A stretch of 60,231 bases of DNA, the filler included. It is 2 parts of 2 records of this genome, joined end to end, with 100 filler letters (N's around TTAATTAATTAA, not from the genome) between each part and the next. Parts side by side here need not be neighbours in the genome. Positions count along the whole stretch, not along the records: positions 30,050 to 60,231 come from SRR2962707_3636; 1 more part is not named here. The stretch is one strand, 5' to 3'. A model generated the notes under the pieces. It did no database searches. It was not told where the DNA came from and saw nothing but the letters and a program-made list of their open reading frames with translations. The translations under genes and the position numbers were made by a program. Below are positions 49,110 through 59,197 of the stretch, piece by piece; position 1 is the stretch's first letter, and each line of letters begins with the position of its first letter.

Positions 49110-50018
49110 ATGAAGAAATTATTAGTAATAGGTCTTGTCGCACTTTCATTTTCGTCGTATTCCCAAAATGTTTTAGCTAAAGCTGAATTGGAGGCGGAAA
49201 ATGTAGATGAAGTTCGAATAGAAGGCTCTTTTGTAGATGTCTATGTCAACACTGGGGAGCGTGTCTATTTTAAAGGGAAAATCACCGGTAGTGGGGATGA
49301 AGGAGATTATCGGTTCGAGACCGATATCGTGGGTAAGACACTTGTCATTCGCGTCGATAGGAAATCAAACAGAAATTGGCGCAATTATCGAATTTCAGAA
49401 TCACGAATTGATCTGACCATTACAGATGGAGTTAAGTTGGATATTGATAATTCATCAGGAGATGTAAATGTTGCCAACCTTCGTGCTTCCTCTTCTAGTA
49501 TTGAAGCAACCAGCGGCGACATCACCCTTCGCAGCATAGTGGCCAACCTAAATGTAGAGACCTCAAGTGGGGATATCGACATTGATGGACTCACTGGTGA
49601 TTCAGAAATTGAATCTACTAGTGGTGACCAGGAGATTTACAACTCAAGAGGGAATATTGAAACAAGAGCCAGCTCGGGAGACATTACGATTTCTGGTTTC
49701 AATGGGAAAATCGAAATTCAGGCCACTTCAGGAGACGTAGATGTTAGAAAAGGAGTGGGTGCCCTGAAGATTCGCACGTCTTCAGGAGAAATTGACGGAT
49801 ACGGTATCGAAGTAAATGATAACTGCTATTTTGATGCAACCTCCGGAAATATTGAAATGGATTTTGTGAATGATCTCGACGATCTAAGCTTCGATCTGAC
49901 CGCAACTTCCGGAGATTTGGAAGTAGGAAACCGATCCGGTGAAAAACGTTTGGTGATTGATAGAGGAGGAATAAAGATAACCGGAACGACATCAAGTGGC
50001 GATCAGGAATACGAGTAA
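49110..50018 (+). CDS. DUF4097 beta-strand repeat (adhesin-like) secreted protein
   Basis: Signal peptide and many '(T/S)SGD(I/V)' repeats. Confidence 0.85.
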   Translation: MKKLLVIGLVALSFSSYSQNVLAKAELEAENVDEVRIEGSFVDVYVNTGERVYFKGKITGSGDEGDYRFETDIVGKTLVIRVDRKSNRNWRNYRISESRIDLTITDGVKLDIDNSSGDVNVANLRASSSSIEATSGDITLRSIVANLNVETSSGDIDIDGLTGDSEIESTSGDQEIYNSRGNIETRASSGDITISGFNGKIEIQATSGDVDVRKGVGALKIRTSSGEIDGYGIEVNDNCYFDATSGNIEMDFVNDLDDLSFDLTATSGDLEVGNRSGEKRLVIDRGGIKITGTTSSGDQEYE

Positions 50019-50094
50019 ATTCAACTAAATAAATTCTTAACACCCAATTGTTAATATAATTTCGTATTTCCTTGAAGAAGAAATTGCGAAAGCT

Positions 50095-50652
50095 TTGGGT
50101 AGAATTATTTTAAAAGAAGGAGAGCCAATACCTGAAATAAATATAGTCGACATATTTGGCGGTGCTGTGAATGAAGAGTCGTTAAAAGGTAAAAAGCTTT
50201 TGATCGCATTCTACCGGCATGTGGGTTGCCCTTTTTGCAATATTAGGGCCCACACTCTTCAATTGGCTTATCCGCATTTGAAAAAGATGGGCATGGAAAT
50301 GATCTTCTTTTTTGAGTCTACGCAAGAGCTGTTGTTAGCTAACCACTTTTACGAAAATATGTCCCCGGTACCAATTATCTCTGACCCTGAGAAAAGGTGG
50401 TATGATAAGTTTGGTGTGGAAAGCTCACGAAGAAAATCAATAAAGAGCCATATAATTTTCCTCATTCAAACTGCTTTGGTGGCTAAATTCAAAAGACTTC
50501 CTGTTCATTGGATGGCAGGTGATGAATCTTTTAATACAATCCCAGCAGAATTCCTGGTAGATGAAAATGGGATCCTGAGAAAAGCAAATTATTGGAACAA
50601 TCTGAAAGATCGTATTTCAATGGACACGATAGTATCTTTTATGAATACTTAG
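50095..50652 (+). CDS. AhpC/TSA-like redoxin
   Basis: 'FYRHVGCPFCN', 'ISDPEK..Y..FGV', 'IPAEFLVDENG'; TTG start. Confidence 0.85.
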   Translation: MGRIILKEGEPIPEINIVDIFGGAVNEESLKGKKLLIAFYRHVGCPFCNIRAHTLQLAYPHLKKMGMEMIFFFESTQELLLANHFYENMSPVPIISDPEKRWYDKFGVESSRRKSIKSHIIFLIQTALVAKFKRLPVHWMAGDESFNTIPAEFLVDENGILRKANYWNNLKDRISMDTIVSFMNT

Positions 50653-50819
50653 AAAGGAAATAAAAAATGGACTGGAACTCTCCAGCTTTTCGAACTTGCA
50701 TTTTTACATTGAGCAACTTGGAACTCAGAATGGGTGAGGTCAAATCTACTTTTTGTTTAATAGCAATCAATTGGACATTTTTGCCGGTGATCAATTTTTA
50801 ACCTAACCTAAAACCCAGT

Positions 50820-52799
50820 ATGGAAAAACCCTATATTGATTCAAATACCAGCTTACCTGAGATTACCGTAAAGGCGGTCGTTCTTGGAGCACTTTTGTCC
50901 ATTATTTTATCAGCAGCCAATGCCTATTTCGGATTGTTTGCGGGTCTCACTGTCTCTGCATCTATCCCTGCCGCAGTGATATCAATGGCATTATTAAAAG
51001 TCTTTAAAAACTCAAATATCCTAGAAAATAACCTTGTCCAAACAGCGGCCTCAGCAGGGGAGTCATTGGCAGCTGGTGTAATCTTTACCATACCTGCACT
51101 TGTCATCATGGGCTATTGGGAGGAATTCAACTACTTCGAAACCATGGCCATTGCTCTATGCGGAGGTGTGCTTGGTGTCCTTTTTACGATTCCTTTAAGG
51201 AAAGCATTGATAGTAGAAGAGAATCTTAAATTTCCGGAGGGTGTAGCTACGGCAGAAGTACTAAAGACCGGCGAAGAAGGTGGGAAAGCTGTTAAATACC
51301 TTATCTGGGGATCAATCATTGGTGGCCTATTTAAACTGGCAGATTCATTACTGAACCTGTGGAGTGGATTATTTGAAAAGGCAGCCTTATTTGGACAAAA
51401 ATTTTATGGATACTTCAGCCTAAATCTTTCGCCGGCACTCGTGGCAGTTGGATACATTGTAGGTCTAAACATCGCCTTCCTTGTATTTTTTGGTGGGGTG
51501 ATTACTTGGTGGATTGGAATGCCGATATATATTGGATCGAATGGGTTTGACACTGTTGCTGCAGAGCTGGTTGCTTTAGGGAAGTTCAGCAGTGTTAGCG
51601 AAGTGAATGCTGATAACATTGGTAACGCACTATGGAGTGCTAAAATGCGATACCTGGGGGTTGGAGCTATGGTGGTTGGGGGCCTTTGGGCGCTGTTGAG
51701 CCTGGCCGGATCTTTAGGAACTGCCTTTAAAGCTGGAATTTCTGCTTTCAAAAAAGGCGGTACTTCCATGAAGGATCAAATCAGAACTGAAATGGATACC
51801 CCAATGTCCTGGGTAATCATTGCTATTGGTGTTTTAATTGTGCCAATATTCCTGATATACCAATCTGCAATTGTGGATATCACGGTATCCACAACTATGA
51901 CCCTAATCATGATAGTGGCAGGATTCCTCTTCGCCGCTGTAGCCGGTTATATGGCTGGACTAGTAGGTAGTTCAAACAACCCAATTTCAGGCGTGACGAT
52001 CGCAACCATCCTTTTTGCATCTATTCTACTTCTCACTTTAATGGGAACAGGAAATGAAATGGCTGGAGCAGCAGGAGCGATCCTCATTGGAGCTGTTGTT
52101 TGTTGTGCTGCAGCAATCGCCGGAGATAATATGCAGGATTTAAAAGCCGGGCACATCCTGGGAGCTACACCATACAAGCAACAAATTATGCAAATTGTAG
52201 GTGTGGTAGCAGGGGCGCTTGCAATTCCAATCGTTCTAAACATTCTTTTGATTGGTAATGGTATCGGTGCACCAACGCCAGAACAACCTGAATCTCTTGC
52301 CGCACCACAAGCCACTTTGATGATGAGTGTTGCAAAGGGAATATTCGGTGGAGGATTACCATGGAACATCATTTATGTGGGTGCTGCGATAGCAGTAGCA
52401 ATCATCGCGTTTGATCAATACCTTAAAAGAAAGGGATCTGATTTTAGAATGCCTGTTCTGGCTGTAGCTGTTGGATTGTATCTTCCTTTTGAGCTTGACT
52501 CATCCATTTTTGTTGGTGGTGTGCTTGCATATCTTTTGACCAGAGCGACAAAATCAAATAAGAATATAGAGAAGGGAAATAATGCAGGCTTATTGCTGGC
52601 ATCAGGACTTATCACAGGTGAGGCCCTGATGGGGATTCTGATAGCAGGACTAACTGTAGGGGTAATGAAGTCAGGAGGAGATCCAAATGCAATGCGAATC
52701 TTTGAGAACGCCTCCAGCTGGCCTGGCCTGATCATTTTTGGATTGATCATCTATTTCATTTATAAAGTAGTAATCAAAGTATCTAAAGAGGAAGAATAG
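50820..52799 (+). CDS. OPT family oligopeptide transporter
   Basis: 'ILENNLVQTAASAGES', 'FPEGVATAEVL', 'SSNNPISG', 'MQDLKAG', 'APQATL'. Confidence 0.93.
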   Translation: MEKPYIDSNTSLPEITVKAVVLGALLSIILSAANAYFGLFAGLTVSASIPAAVISMALLKVFKNSNILENNLVQTAASAGESLAAGVIFTIPALVIMGYWEEFNYFETMAIALCGGVLGVLFTIPLRKALIVEENLKFPEGVATAEVLKTGEEGGKAVKYLIWGSIIGGLFKLADSLLNLWSGLFEKAALFGQKFYGYFSLNLSPALVAVGYIVGLNIAFLVFFGGVITWWIGMPIYIGSNGFDTVAAELVALGKFSSVSEVNADNIGNALWSAKMRYLGVGAMVVGGLWALLSLAGSLGTAFKAGISAFKKGGTSMKDQIRTEMDTPMSWVIIAIGVLIVPIFLIYQSAIVDITVSTTMTLIMIVAGFLFAAVAGYMAGLVGSSNNPISGVTIATILFASILLLTLMGTGNEMAGAAGAILIGAVVCCAAAIAGDNMQDLKAGHILGATPYKQQIMQIVGVVAGALAIPIVLNILLIGNGIGAPTPEQPESLAAPQATLMMSVAKGIFGGGLPWNIIYVGAAIAVAIIAFDQYLKRKGSDFRMPVLAVAVGLYLPFELDSSIFVGGVLAYLLTRATKSNKNIEKGNNAGLLLASGLITGEALMGILIAGLTVGVMKSGGDPNAMRIFENASSWPGLIIFGLIIYFIYKVVIKVSKEEE

Positions 52800-52802
52800 A
52801 CT

Positions 52803-52909
52803 GTTCGAAAGCGAACGAGAATAGTGTACACCTGGCTTCACTTACTGCAATGAGGTTAGGTGTATTTTTTTGTAAATCAGCCACTTAAACAATCTGGCAT
52901 GGTTTTGTT
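52803..52909 (+). promoter_or_regulatory. Possible sigma54-type regulatory region (palindrome, IHF-like site, TGGCA box)
   Basis: GTTCG-N4-CGAAC at 52803-52816, AATCAGCCACTTA at 52875-52887, TGGCATGGTTTTGTT at 52895-52909 (spacing 1 nt short). Confidence 0.35.
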
Positions 52910-52936
52910 TTATATTAATATGAAAACCAAAACCTC

Positions 52937-55363
52937 ATGTTAAAAAATTATCTTAAAACGGCCCTTCGGAACCTGTCACGAAACAAAGTTTATAGCTTCC
53001 TCAACGTATTAGGACTTGCTCTTGGAATAGGTTGTGCGCTTGTGATTTATAAGGTTATAGTTTTTGAAAATAGTTTTGATAAACATCAGGAGAGCTATTC
53101 GAACATATACCGGGTCGTCGGTCAGGGGATTAGGGCGGGAGAGGTAAGCAAAGGGATGGGAACACCTCATCCGGTAGGACCCGCCTTAAGGGAAGATTAT
53201 CCGGACATTGAGAAAGTAGCCAGGGTTCATTATGTGTGGAGCAATCAGATCAATGTGAATGATGGGACTGAGACCAAAAAGTTTTTATTGGAAGAGGGAG
53301 TCGTGTTTCTGGATCCTGAGTTTTTTGAGGTTTTTACTATTGAATTTATTGCTGGTGATAAAGAATCCGCTCTTACAGAACCAAATACTGTGGTAATATC
53401 TGAAGGGGAGAGCCGTAAGTTCTTCGGCTTTGAAGAAGGCAAAGAAGGTCTTGCTGTTGGTAAAAAAATCAATGTTGGAAATAGGCAAGATTGTAAAATA
53501 GTTGGAGTGATAGCTGACCCTCCAGAATCCACTAATTTTCCATTTACTGTATTACTGGACTATAACTCGCAGGATGTTCAAAATCCTTATTTTGGTGATG
53601 GAAAACAATGGAACTCCACTAGTTCAAGTACAAATACATACATATTGGTGGGTGAAGGGTTTGATCAACAGGCGTTTGATACCAAGTTGATTGATTTTGT
53701 TGATAAGCACTACGAGGAAGGTGCTTCCGAAAGAAGACGCTTTGTTACACAGCCACTCTCCGATATACACTTTGATGACGAATACGGAAATTATGTTTAC
53801 TCAACCTCTCCTGAACTTATCAAAGCTTTAGGAGTCATTGCTATTTTCCTAGTCCTGACTGCCTGCATCAATTTCATCAACCTGGCCACAGCACAAGCTG
53901 CTAATCGATCCAAAGAAATAGGAATCAGAAAGGCAATTGGAGGATATACAACTCAGTTAGTTGTTCAGTTTTTCACTGAAATCACACTTATCACCCTGGT
54001 AGCATTATTCTGTTCGTTGGCGATTGCAGAGTTTTTATTCGTTCAGTTAGAGGAAGTTATTGGCACACGCCTAAGTTTAGATCTTTTTAGTGGATTTGAG
54101 ACAATTGGATTTCTGATTATTCTATTGGTATTGGTCAGCTTCCTGTCGGGTTTTTACCCTTCTATCCTTCTCAGTGGGATGAACACTGTAAAAGCACTCA
54201 AAAGCAAGATCACGGCAAAAGATCATTCCGGTGGTCTCAATATTAGAAAAGCACTGGTAGTAGCTCAATTTACCATCTCTCAGTTTCTTATCATCGGCAC
54301 AGTGATCATTTCTGCGCAAATGAAGTATTTCACTGAAAAGGATTTGGGTTTTGATAAAGAGGCCATCATTAAGAGTTATTTACCCGAACAGGATGAGGTG
54401 AAAAACCAGAGATTCAAAACGATGATGCTGGAGGAGCCAGGCATAGAGTACGTTACCTTTTCTTTAAGTTCACCAACGGGCAATTCAAACTCTCATTCGA
54501 ATTTCAACTATCCACCATTAGATATTGAAGAGGACTTCAATGCCAGTTTTAAACCGGCAGATGAAAGCTACATGACTTTATATGGACTTGAATTACTTGC
54601 AGGAAGAGATCTGAGAAAGGATGATAGTAGCAATTACGTGATCGTCAATCAGCGAATAGCCGACCTTATGGGCTTTAAAGATAATTATGAAGGAGCCATA
54701 GGTGAACGTCTAACCTCCGGCTGGAATGGTGATAAAAAAGTCATAGGTGTTATGAAGGATTTTCATTCGCGGGATCTTAGTGAGGGTTTTCAATACGTGA
54801 TGTTGCTCCGAGAGCCGAATGTTTATTACGAGATGGCATTCAAGACGAGGGATGGCGCAAACATTAAACAAGCCATTACCCACTTTGAAGACACATGGGA
54901 GCGTGTGTATCCTGAATATGTTCAGGATTGGCAGTTTTACGATGAAGAGTTAGCAGAAAACTACGAGCAGGAACAGAGCGTAGCAACGCTTATGACGACC
55001 TTCTCCGCGGTATCAATTATAATTGGATGCCTGGGGTTATATGGGCTGATTGCGTTTATTTCAGCTAACAGCACCAAAGAGGTAGGGATTCGAAAAGTAC
55101 TGGGGGCATCTATCGCCAGCATCATCGGAAAGTTTACCAAAGAAGTATTTGTTCTAGTGATCATTGCTTTTCTAATTGCAGCACCGGTAGCGTATTATAT
55201 CCTGAATCAATGGCTCAACGATTATGAGTTTAGAATTGATATAGGAATTGGATTTTTTGCTCTTGCCTTTTTGGCAACACTCATAATAGCCGCAATTACA
55301 GTTAGTCATCGCACGGTAAGCACAGCATTAATCAACCCGGCTACCACTTTGAAAGACGAATAA
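52937..55363 (+). CDS. MacB/FtsX-type ABC transporter permease
   Basis: 'MLKNYLKTALRNL', 'RSKEIGIRKAIG', 'KEVGIRKVLGA', 'NPATTLKDE'. Confidence 0.92.
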   Translation: MLKNYLKTALRNLSRNKVYSFLNVLGLALGIGCALVIYKVIVFENSFDKHQESYSNIYRVVGQGIRAGEVSKGMGTPHPVGPALREDYPDIEKVARVHYVWSNQINVNDGTETKKFLLEEGVVFLDPEFFEVFTIEFIAGDKESALTEPNTVVISEGESRKFFGFEEGKEGLAVGKKINVGNRQDCKIVGVIADPPESTNFPFTVLLDYNSQDVQNPYFGDGKQWNSTSSSTNTYILVGEGFDQQAFDTKLIDFVDKHYEEGASERRRFVTQPLSDIHFDDEYGNYVYSTSPELIKALGVIAIFLVLTACINFINLATAQAANRSKEIGIRKAIGGYTTQLVVQFFTEITLITLVALFCSLAIAEFLFVQLEEVIGTRLSLDLFSGFETIGFLIILLVLVSFLSGFYPSILLSGMNTVKALKSKITAKDHSGGLNIRKALVVAQFTISQFLIIGTVIISAQMKYFTEKDLGFDKEAIIKSYLPEQDEVKNQRFKTMMLEEPGIEYVTFSLSSPTGNSNSHSNFNYPPLDIEEDFNASFKPADESYMTLYGLELLAGRDLRKDDSSNYVIVNQRIADLMGFKDNYEGAIGERLTSGWNGDKKVIGVMKDFHSRDLSEGFQYVMLLREPNVYYEMAFKTRDGANIKQAITHFEDTWERVYPEYVQDWQFYDEELAENYEQEQSVATLMTTFSAVSIIIGCLGLYGLIAFISANSTKEVGIRKVLGASIASIIGKFTKEVFVLVIIAFLIAAPVAYYILNQWLNDYEFRIDIGIGFFALAFLATLIIAAITVSHRTVSTALINPATTLKDE

Positions 55364-55478
55364 ATCAGGTTTTAGGGATGGTCTGTTAATCAGGCTGTCC
55401 CATTATAAAATTTGGCACTCAAGGCCTGCTAAACTTTCCATATATTTGACGGATTCGCAAATTTGCAATACGTGATTT

Positions 55479-56963
55479 ATGAGTAAAGAACAGTTTAGTA
55501 ACCGCTGGGGTATCGTGCTTGCGGCATTAGGAATGGCGATTGGAGCAGGAAACCTTTGGCGTTTTCCAAGGTTAGCCGGACAATATGGTGGTTCCTTTAT
55601 CCTTCTTTGGATTTTGTTTCTATTTATCTGGTCCATTCCATTGTTACTTTCTGAGTTTGCAATAGGTAAAAAATTTAAAAGTGGAGTTATCGGAAGCTTT
55701 GCCCGGTTTGCAGGAAAGAAGTACACATGGATGGGATTCTTCATCACGATTTGTACACTGGGCATAGCCTTTTATTATTCAATCGTCACTGCATGGTCTT
55801 TCAGATATCTTACTTTCTCTTTAGGAAACCTTTTTAGGGAAGCCACGCTTCAGGAGTCACTTCAGGCCAATCCCGACTATTTGACTAATTTCTGGAATGG
55901 CATTTCAAATGGGGACTGGGTTACGGTAATTGTATATATCTGCGTCATTTTCCTTGCAGCATTTATCCTGATTCGGGGAGTTAAAAATGGATTAGAAAAG
56001 GCAAACAAGCTTTTGATCCCCAGTCTTTTTATTCTGCTCATCATTATTGTGATTGTATCGCTGAATATGGAAGGCGGGGTACGAGGGTTGGAATACATGT
56101 TTGCTATCGACTGGACACTTTTCAGTGATCCGACAATCTGGATAGAAGCACTTTCACAATCGGCATGGAGTACAGGTGCAGGATGGGGGTTAATGATGAC
56201 GCTTTCAGCATTTTCCAGAGATAATGAAGATGTTACGCTAAACACGTTTATAGGAGCATTTGGAAACAACACCGCATCGCTTCTATCGGGGATGGCCATA
56301 CTGCCAGCTGTTTTTGCATTGGCAGCTTCCGATGCTGAGGCGATTTCCTTTCTGCAGTCCGGCAATCAGGCATTGACCTTTACCATTATTCCTATGCTTT
56401 TTGCGAATGTACCGGGTGGGGACTACCTCTCAGCACTTTTTTTCCTAGCATTGTTCGTTGCTGCATTTAGTTCATTGTTGCCAATGATCGAGCTGTTTTT
56501 GCAAAACGTGTCAGATTTAAACATCTCCAAACGAAAGATGCTGGTTGTTGTAATTGTCTGCTTTATCGCATTCGGTTTTCCTTCAGCATGGTCACTTGAT
56601 TATTTCTCAAATCAGGACTGGGTCTGGGGAGTGGGTTTGATAGTAACTGGGCTTTTTATTTTGATTGGTGTTGCCATGAACAATCCAACAAAATTCAAAG
56701 AAACAACCATTGATGTAGGATCGGATATGACATTACCTTCCGGCTTTTTTAAGTTTGCTATTTTCGCCAACATCGCCATCGGGTTTTTCCTTATTTATTG
56801 GTGGCTATCGCAGGATTATAGTGCCACCTGGTTTAATGAGCAGGGCCAGTGGGATTTATTTGGTGTTTACAGTAATGCTTCAACCATCACCCAATGGGGA
56901 GTGGTTATCATAGTGGGGTTGGTACTAAATGGATATTTGTATAAAAAATTCGTAAAACAATGA
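55479..56963 (+). CDS. Sodium-dependent transporter, NSS/SNF family
   Basis: 'GMAIGAGNLWRFP', 'GGSF', 'GLEKANK'. Confidence 0.92.
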   Translation: MSKEQFSNRWGIVLAALGMAIGAGNLWRFPRLAGQYGGSFILLWILFLFIWSIPLLLSEFAIGKKFKSGVIGSFARFAGKKYTWMGFFITICTLGIAFYYSIVTAWSFRYLTFSLGNLFREATLQESLQANPDYLTNFWNGISNGDWVTVIVYICVIFLAAFILIRGVKNGLEKANKLLIPSLFILLIIIVIVSLNMEGGVRGLEYMFAIDWTLFSDPTIWIEALSQSAWSTGAGWGLMMTLSAFSRDNEDVTLNTFIGAFGNNTASLLSGMAILPAVFALAASDAEAISFLQSGNQALTFTIIPMLFANVPGGDYLSALFFLALFVAAFSSLLPMIELFLQNVSDLNISKRKMLVVVIVCFIAFGFPSAWSLDYFSNQDWVWGVGLIVTGLFILIGVAMNNPTKFKETTIDVGSDMTLPSGFFKFAIFANIAIGFFLIYWWLSQDYSATWFNEQGQWDLFGVYSNASTITQWGVVIIVGLVLNGYLYKKFVKQ

Positions 56964-57070
56964 GCACAGGAGCAATCATAAGTATGATCGTCATCCTTAC
57001 GGTGGTAATAGGAGGCTTCATTTATTTTTTAACAAGAGCAATAAAAAAAGAAAGAAATATCAATGGATAA
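56960..57070 (+). CDS. 36-aa MetS-like NSS transporter small subunit (not in ORF track)
   Basis: MSTGAIISMIVILTVVIGGFIYFLTRAIKKERNING*; ATGA overlap with the transporter stop. Confidence 0.75.
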   Translation: MSTGAIISMIVILTVVIGGFIYFLTRAIKKERNING

Positions 57071-57533
57071 AATTGACCCGTTAAACCAAGTAGCAGACTT
57101 TCATAAGACGTTTCGTCACCCCATTTTAAGTACCCCGACCATACCATCCGAGGATAGGTGCAAATTGCGGGTTTCACTCATTGCTGAAGAGCTTAAAGAG
57201 CTGCAGGAAGCCATAGATGATAAGGACCTTGTAGAGATAGCGGATGCACTTTGTGATATTCAGTATGTACTTTCCGGAGCAGTCCTGGAATTTGGGCTGG
57301 GAGAAAAATTTCGGGCTTTGTTTGAGGAGGTGCAGCGCTCAAATATGAGTAAAGCCTGTGATACGGAGGAAGAGGCTCAAAAGACGGTGCAATATTATAA
57401 AGAGGAAAGAGACACAGAAGGATACTACGAAAAGAGAGACGGAAAGTATCTGGTCTTTAGAAAAGGCGATAACAAAACCTTGAAGTCAATTAACTACTCT
57501 CCGGCAGATTTGAAATCCATCCTTGAAAAGTAG
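57063..57533 (+). CDS. MazG-like nucleoside triphosphate pyrophosphohydrolase
   Basis: 'LIAEELKEL', 'EIADALCDIQYV', 'EVQRSNMSK'. Confidence 0.88.
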   Translation: MDKIDPLNQVADFHKTFRHPILSTPTIPSEDRCKLRVSLIAEELKELQEAIDDKDLVEIADALCDIQYVLSGAVLEFGLGEKFRALFEEVQRSNMSKACDTEEEAQKTVQYYKEERDTEGYYEKRDGKYLVFRKGDNKTLKSINYSPADLKSILEK

Positions 57534-57566
57534 GGATTTTGCTTAACCGGTTGTTTATAAAATGTT

Positions 57567-58169
57567 ATGAAACGACCTCACTTATTCATTGCTTTTCTAT
57601 GTGTCCTGGTCTTTGCTTGCAATAGTCAAAAAGTCAGGATCCTTTTTGTAGGAAATAGTTTGACATACACAAACAATTTACCCCAACTGGTAGAAGAAGA
57701 AGCAAAGAGTAGGGGAATCAAAGTAAAATCTACGACCTTGGCATTTCCTAACTATGCAATCGTCGATCACTGGATTGATGGAGAGCTACAAAAGCGGATC
57801 ATGAGCAAGGATTATGATTATGTGGTTGTTCAGCAGGGACCCTCGTCCCAGCCGGAAGGAAGAAAAATGCTGATAGAGGATGGCGCTCTACTTAAAAAGC
57901 TTTGTGATAAATATGATACGAAGTTCGCCTATTTTATGGTTTGGCCATCACAGACCTATTACCATACGTTTGACGGAGTGATAAAGAATCATCGTGATGC
58001 AGCTCAGCAAAACGAAGCGATCCTTTGTCCGGTGGGTGAGGCATGGAAGGCATATTTCGATGAGAACGATGATTTTTCATTGTATGGTACGGATGGATTT
58101 CACCCCTCTCCCAAAGGAAGCAGGCTAGCTGCACAGGTTATAGTAGATACGCTTTTAGGTGATGGATAG
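57567..58169 (+). CDS. SGNH/GDSL-like hydrolase lipoprotein
   Basis: VFAC lipobox, FVGNSLT block I, DGFHPS block V. Confidence 0.88.
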   Translation: MKRPHLFIAFLCVLVFACNSQKVRILFVGNSLTYTNNLPQLVEEEAKSRGIKVKSTTLAFPNYAIVDHWIDGELQKRIMSKDYDYVVVQQGPSSQPEGRKMLIEDGALLKKLCDKYDTKFAYFMVWPSQTYYHTFDGVIKNHRDAAQQNEAILCPVGEAWKAYFDENDDFSLYGTDGFHPSPKGSRLAAQVIVDTLLGDG

Positions 58170-58563
58170 TCTAAAACAATATGCTGACCTGCCTATTCGC
58201 CTTTCTGTAGGCTTTCATTTAATATATGGAACGCAGGACAATGTGTTTTCATGGGAAAGAATGCTTGAATTCAGGAACTTTCTAGAAGCTTTCAGCATGC
58301 CGTTTCCCTTACTTTCTGCGATCATATCGGTTTATGCACAGTTCATTGCAGGTATCCTGTTTATTATCGGATATAGGGTAAAGGAAGCGGGACTAGTGAT
58401 GATATTTAATTTCATTGTGGCCATTTTACTAGTTCATTTGAACGATCCCTACCCCAATATCTACCCGGCAATTTCGATGCTGGCAGGAGCTATTTTCCTC
58501 GTTTTTTATGGAACAGGTAAAGTAAGTATTGATCATTGGGTGAAAAATAAAAAAGACGACTAG
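58162..58563 (+). CDS. DoxX family membrane protein
   Basis: 'IRLSVG', 'PFP...A', 'AILLVH', 'GTGKVSID'. Confidence 0.85.
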   Translation: MDSLKQYADLPIRLSVGFHLIYGTQDNVFSWERMLEFRNFLEAFSMPFPLLSAIISVYAQFIAGILFIIGYRVKEAGLVMIFNFIVAILLVHLNDPYPNIYPAISMLAGAIFLVFYGTGKVSIDHWVKNKKDD

Positions 58564-58604
58564 TCTAGTCGTCTTCATAGTAGAGTAGGTGATTGTGTGA
58601 ATTC

Positions 58605-59069
58605 TTAGTTGACTTTGGTCATATAGACATTCCGATCCCGCTCATGTTCATCGCTCACCAGAATGCCATCAATTAGTTTCCATTCGTCATCATCAGAGCT
58701 GATATTAAAATCATCGTCATCGTCCTCAATATCTTCGATAACCAGATAACCCCTTTTGTTGATGTACCATGAGCCTCTTTCGGTCTCCGTTTCATCATAG
58801 GCATTTACAGTGATCTTTAAATCATTGTCCGCCTGGAACTCAAAATAGATTTCTATGTCTTCCATGATCCCACCTACAAAGCCAGAAATGGCTTTAATGA
58901 AAACCTCTTCCAGCATTGAGTCAGCTTCCTCTGCTTCTTCCTCCATTTCTTCACTGATATCAATAACCAGTTTCCATGTACCAATGATGTCTTTCTCTTT
59001 GACTTTTTGAGCATCAGAAAAAAATGAGATGCATAAAGCGAAAACAAATAGTGCAATAGTCCTTTTCAT
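58605..59069 (-). CDS. Secreted hypothetical protein (lipocalin-like 'IIGTWKL' start)
   Basis: Signal peptide MKRTIALF...SDA; acidic, beta-rich mature domain. Confidence 0.65.
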   Translation of the reverse strand: MKRTIALFVFALCISFFSDAQKVKEKDIIGTWKLVIDISEEMEEEAEEADSMLEEVFIKAISGFVGGIMEDIEIYFEFQADNDLKITVNAYDETETERGSWYINKRGYLVIEDIEDDDDDFNISSDDDEWKLIDGILVSDEHERDRNVYMTKVN

Positions 59070-59166
59070 TTTTTGTTGTATTTTGTTATGCAAGGTACTA
59101 GTTATACTCAATTGATTTCAAAAGGTTTCATATCTAGTAAACTATCCATGACTGATCACTATTTTA

Positions 59167-59174
59167 TACCTTTG
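59167..59174 (+). promoter_or_regulatory. Bacteroidota -7 promoter element (TACCTTTG) for ffh
   Basis: TAnnTTTG 23 nt upstream of the ATG. Confidence 0.6.
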
Positions 59175-59197
59175 CACTTCGATTTTTAAGAAGAATT

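Noticed and set aside
50667-50801. Short ORF MDWNSPAFR... upstream of the OPT gene
   Set aside because: No protein-like features, and it overlaps the likely promoter/leader region.
55412-55432. TTGGCACTC-AAGGCC-TGCTAA as CIRCE or a sigma54 promoter
   Set aside because: Spacing fits neither consensus, and the downstream gene is not a chaperone.
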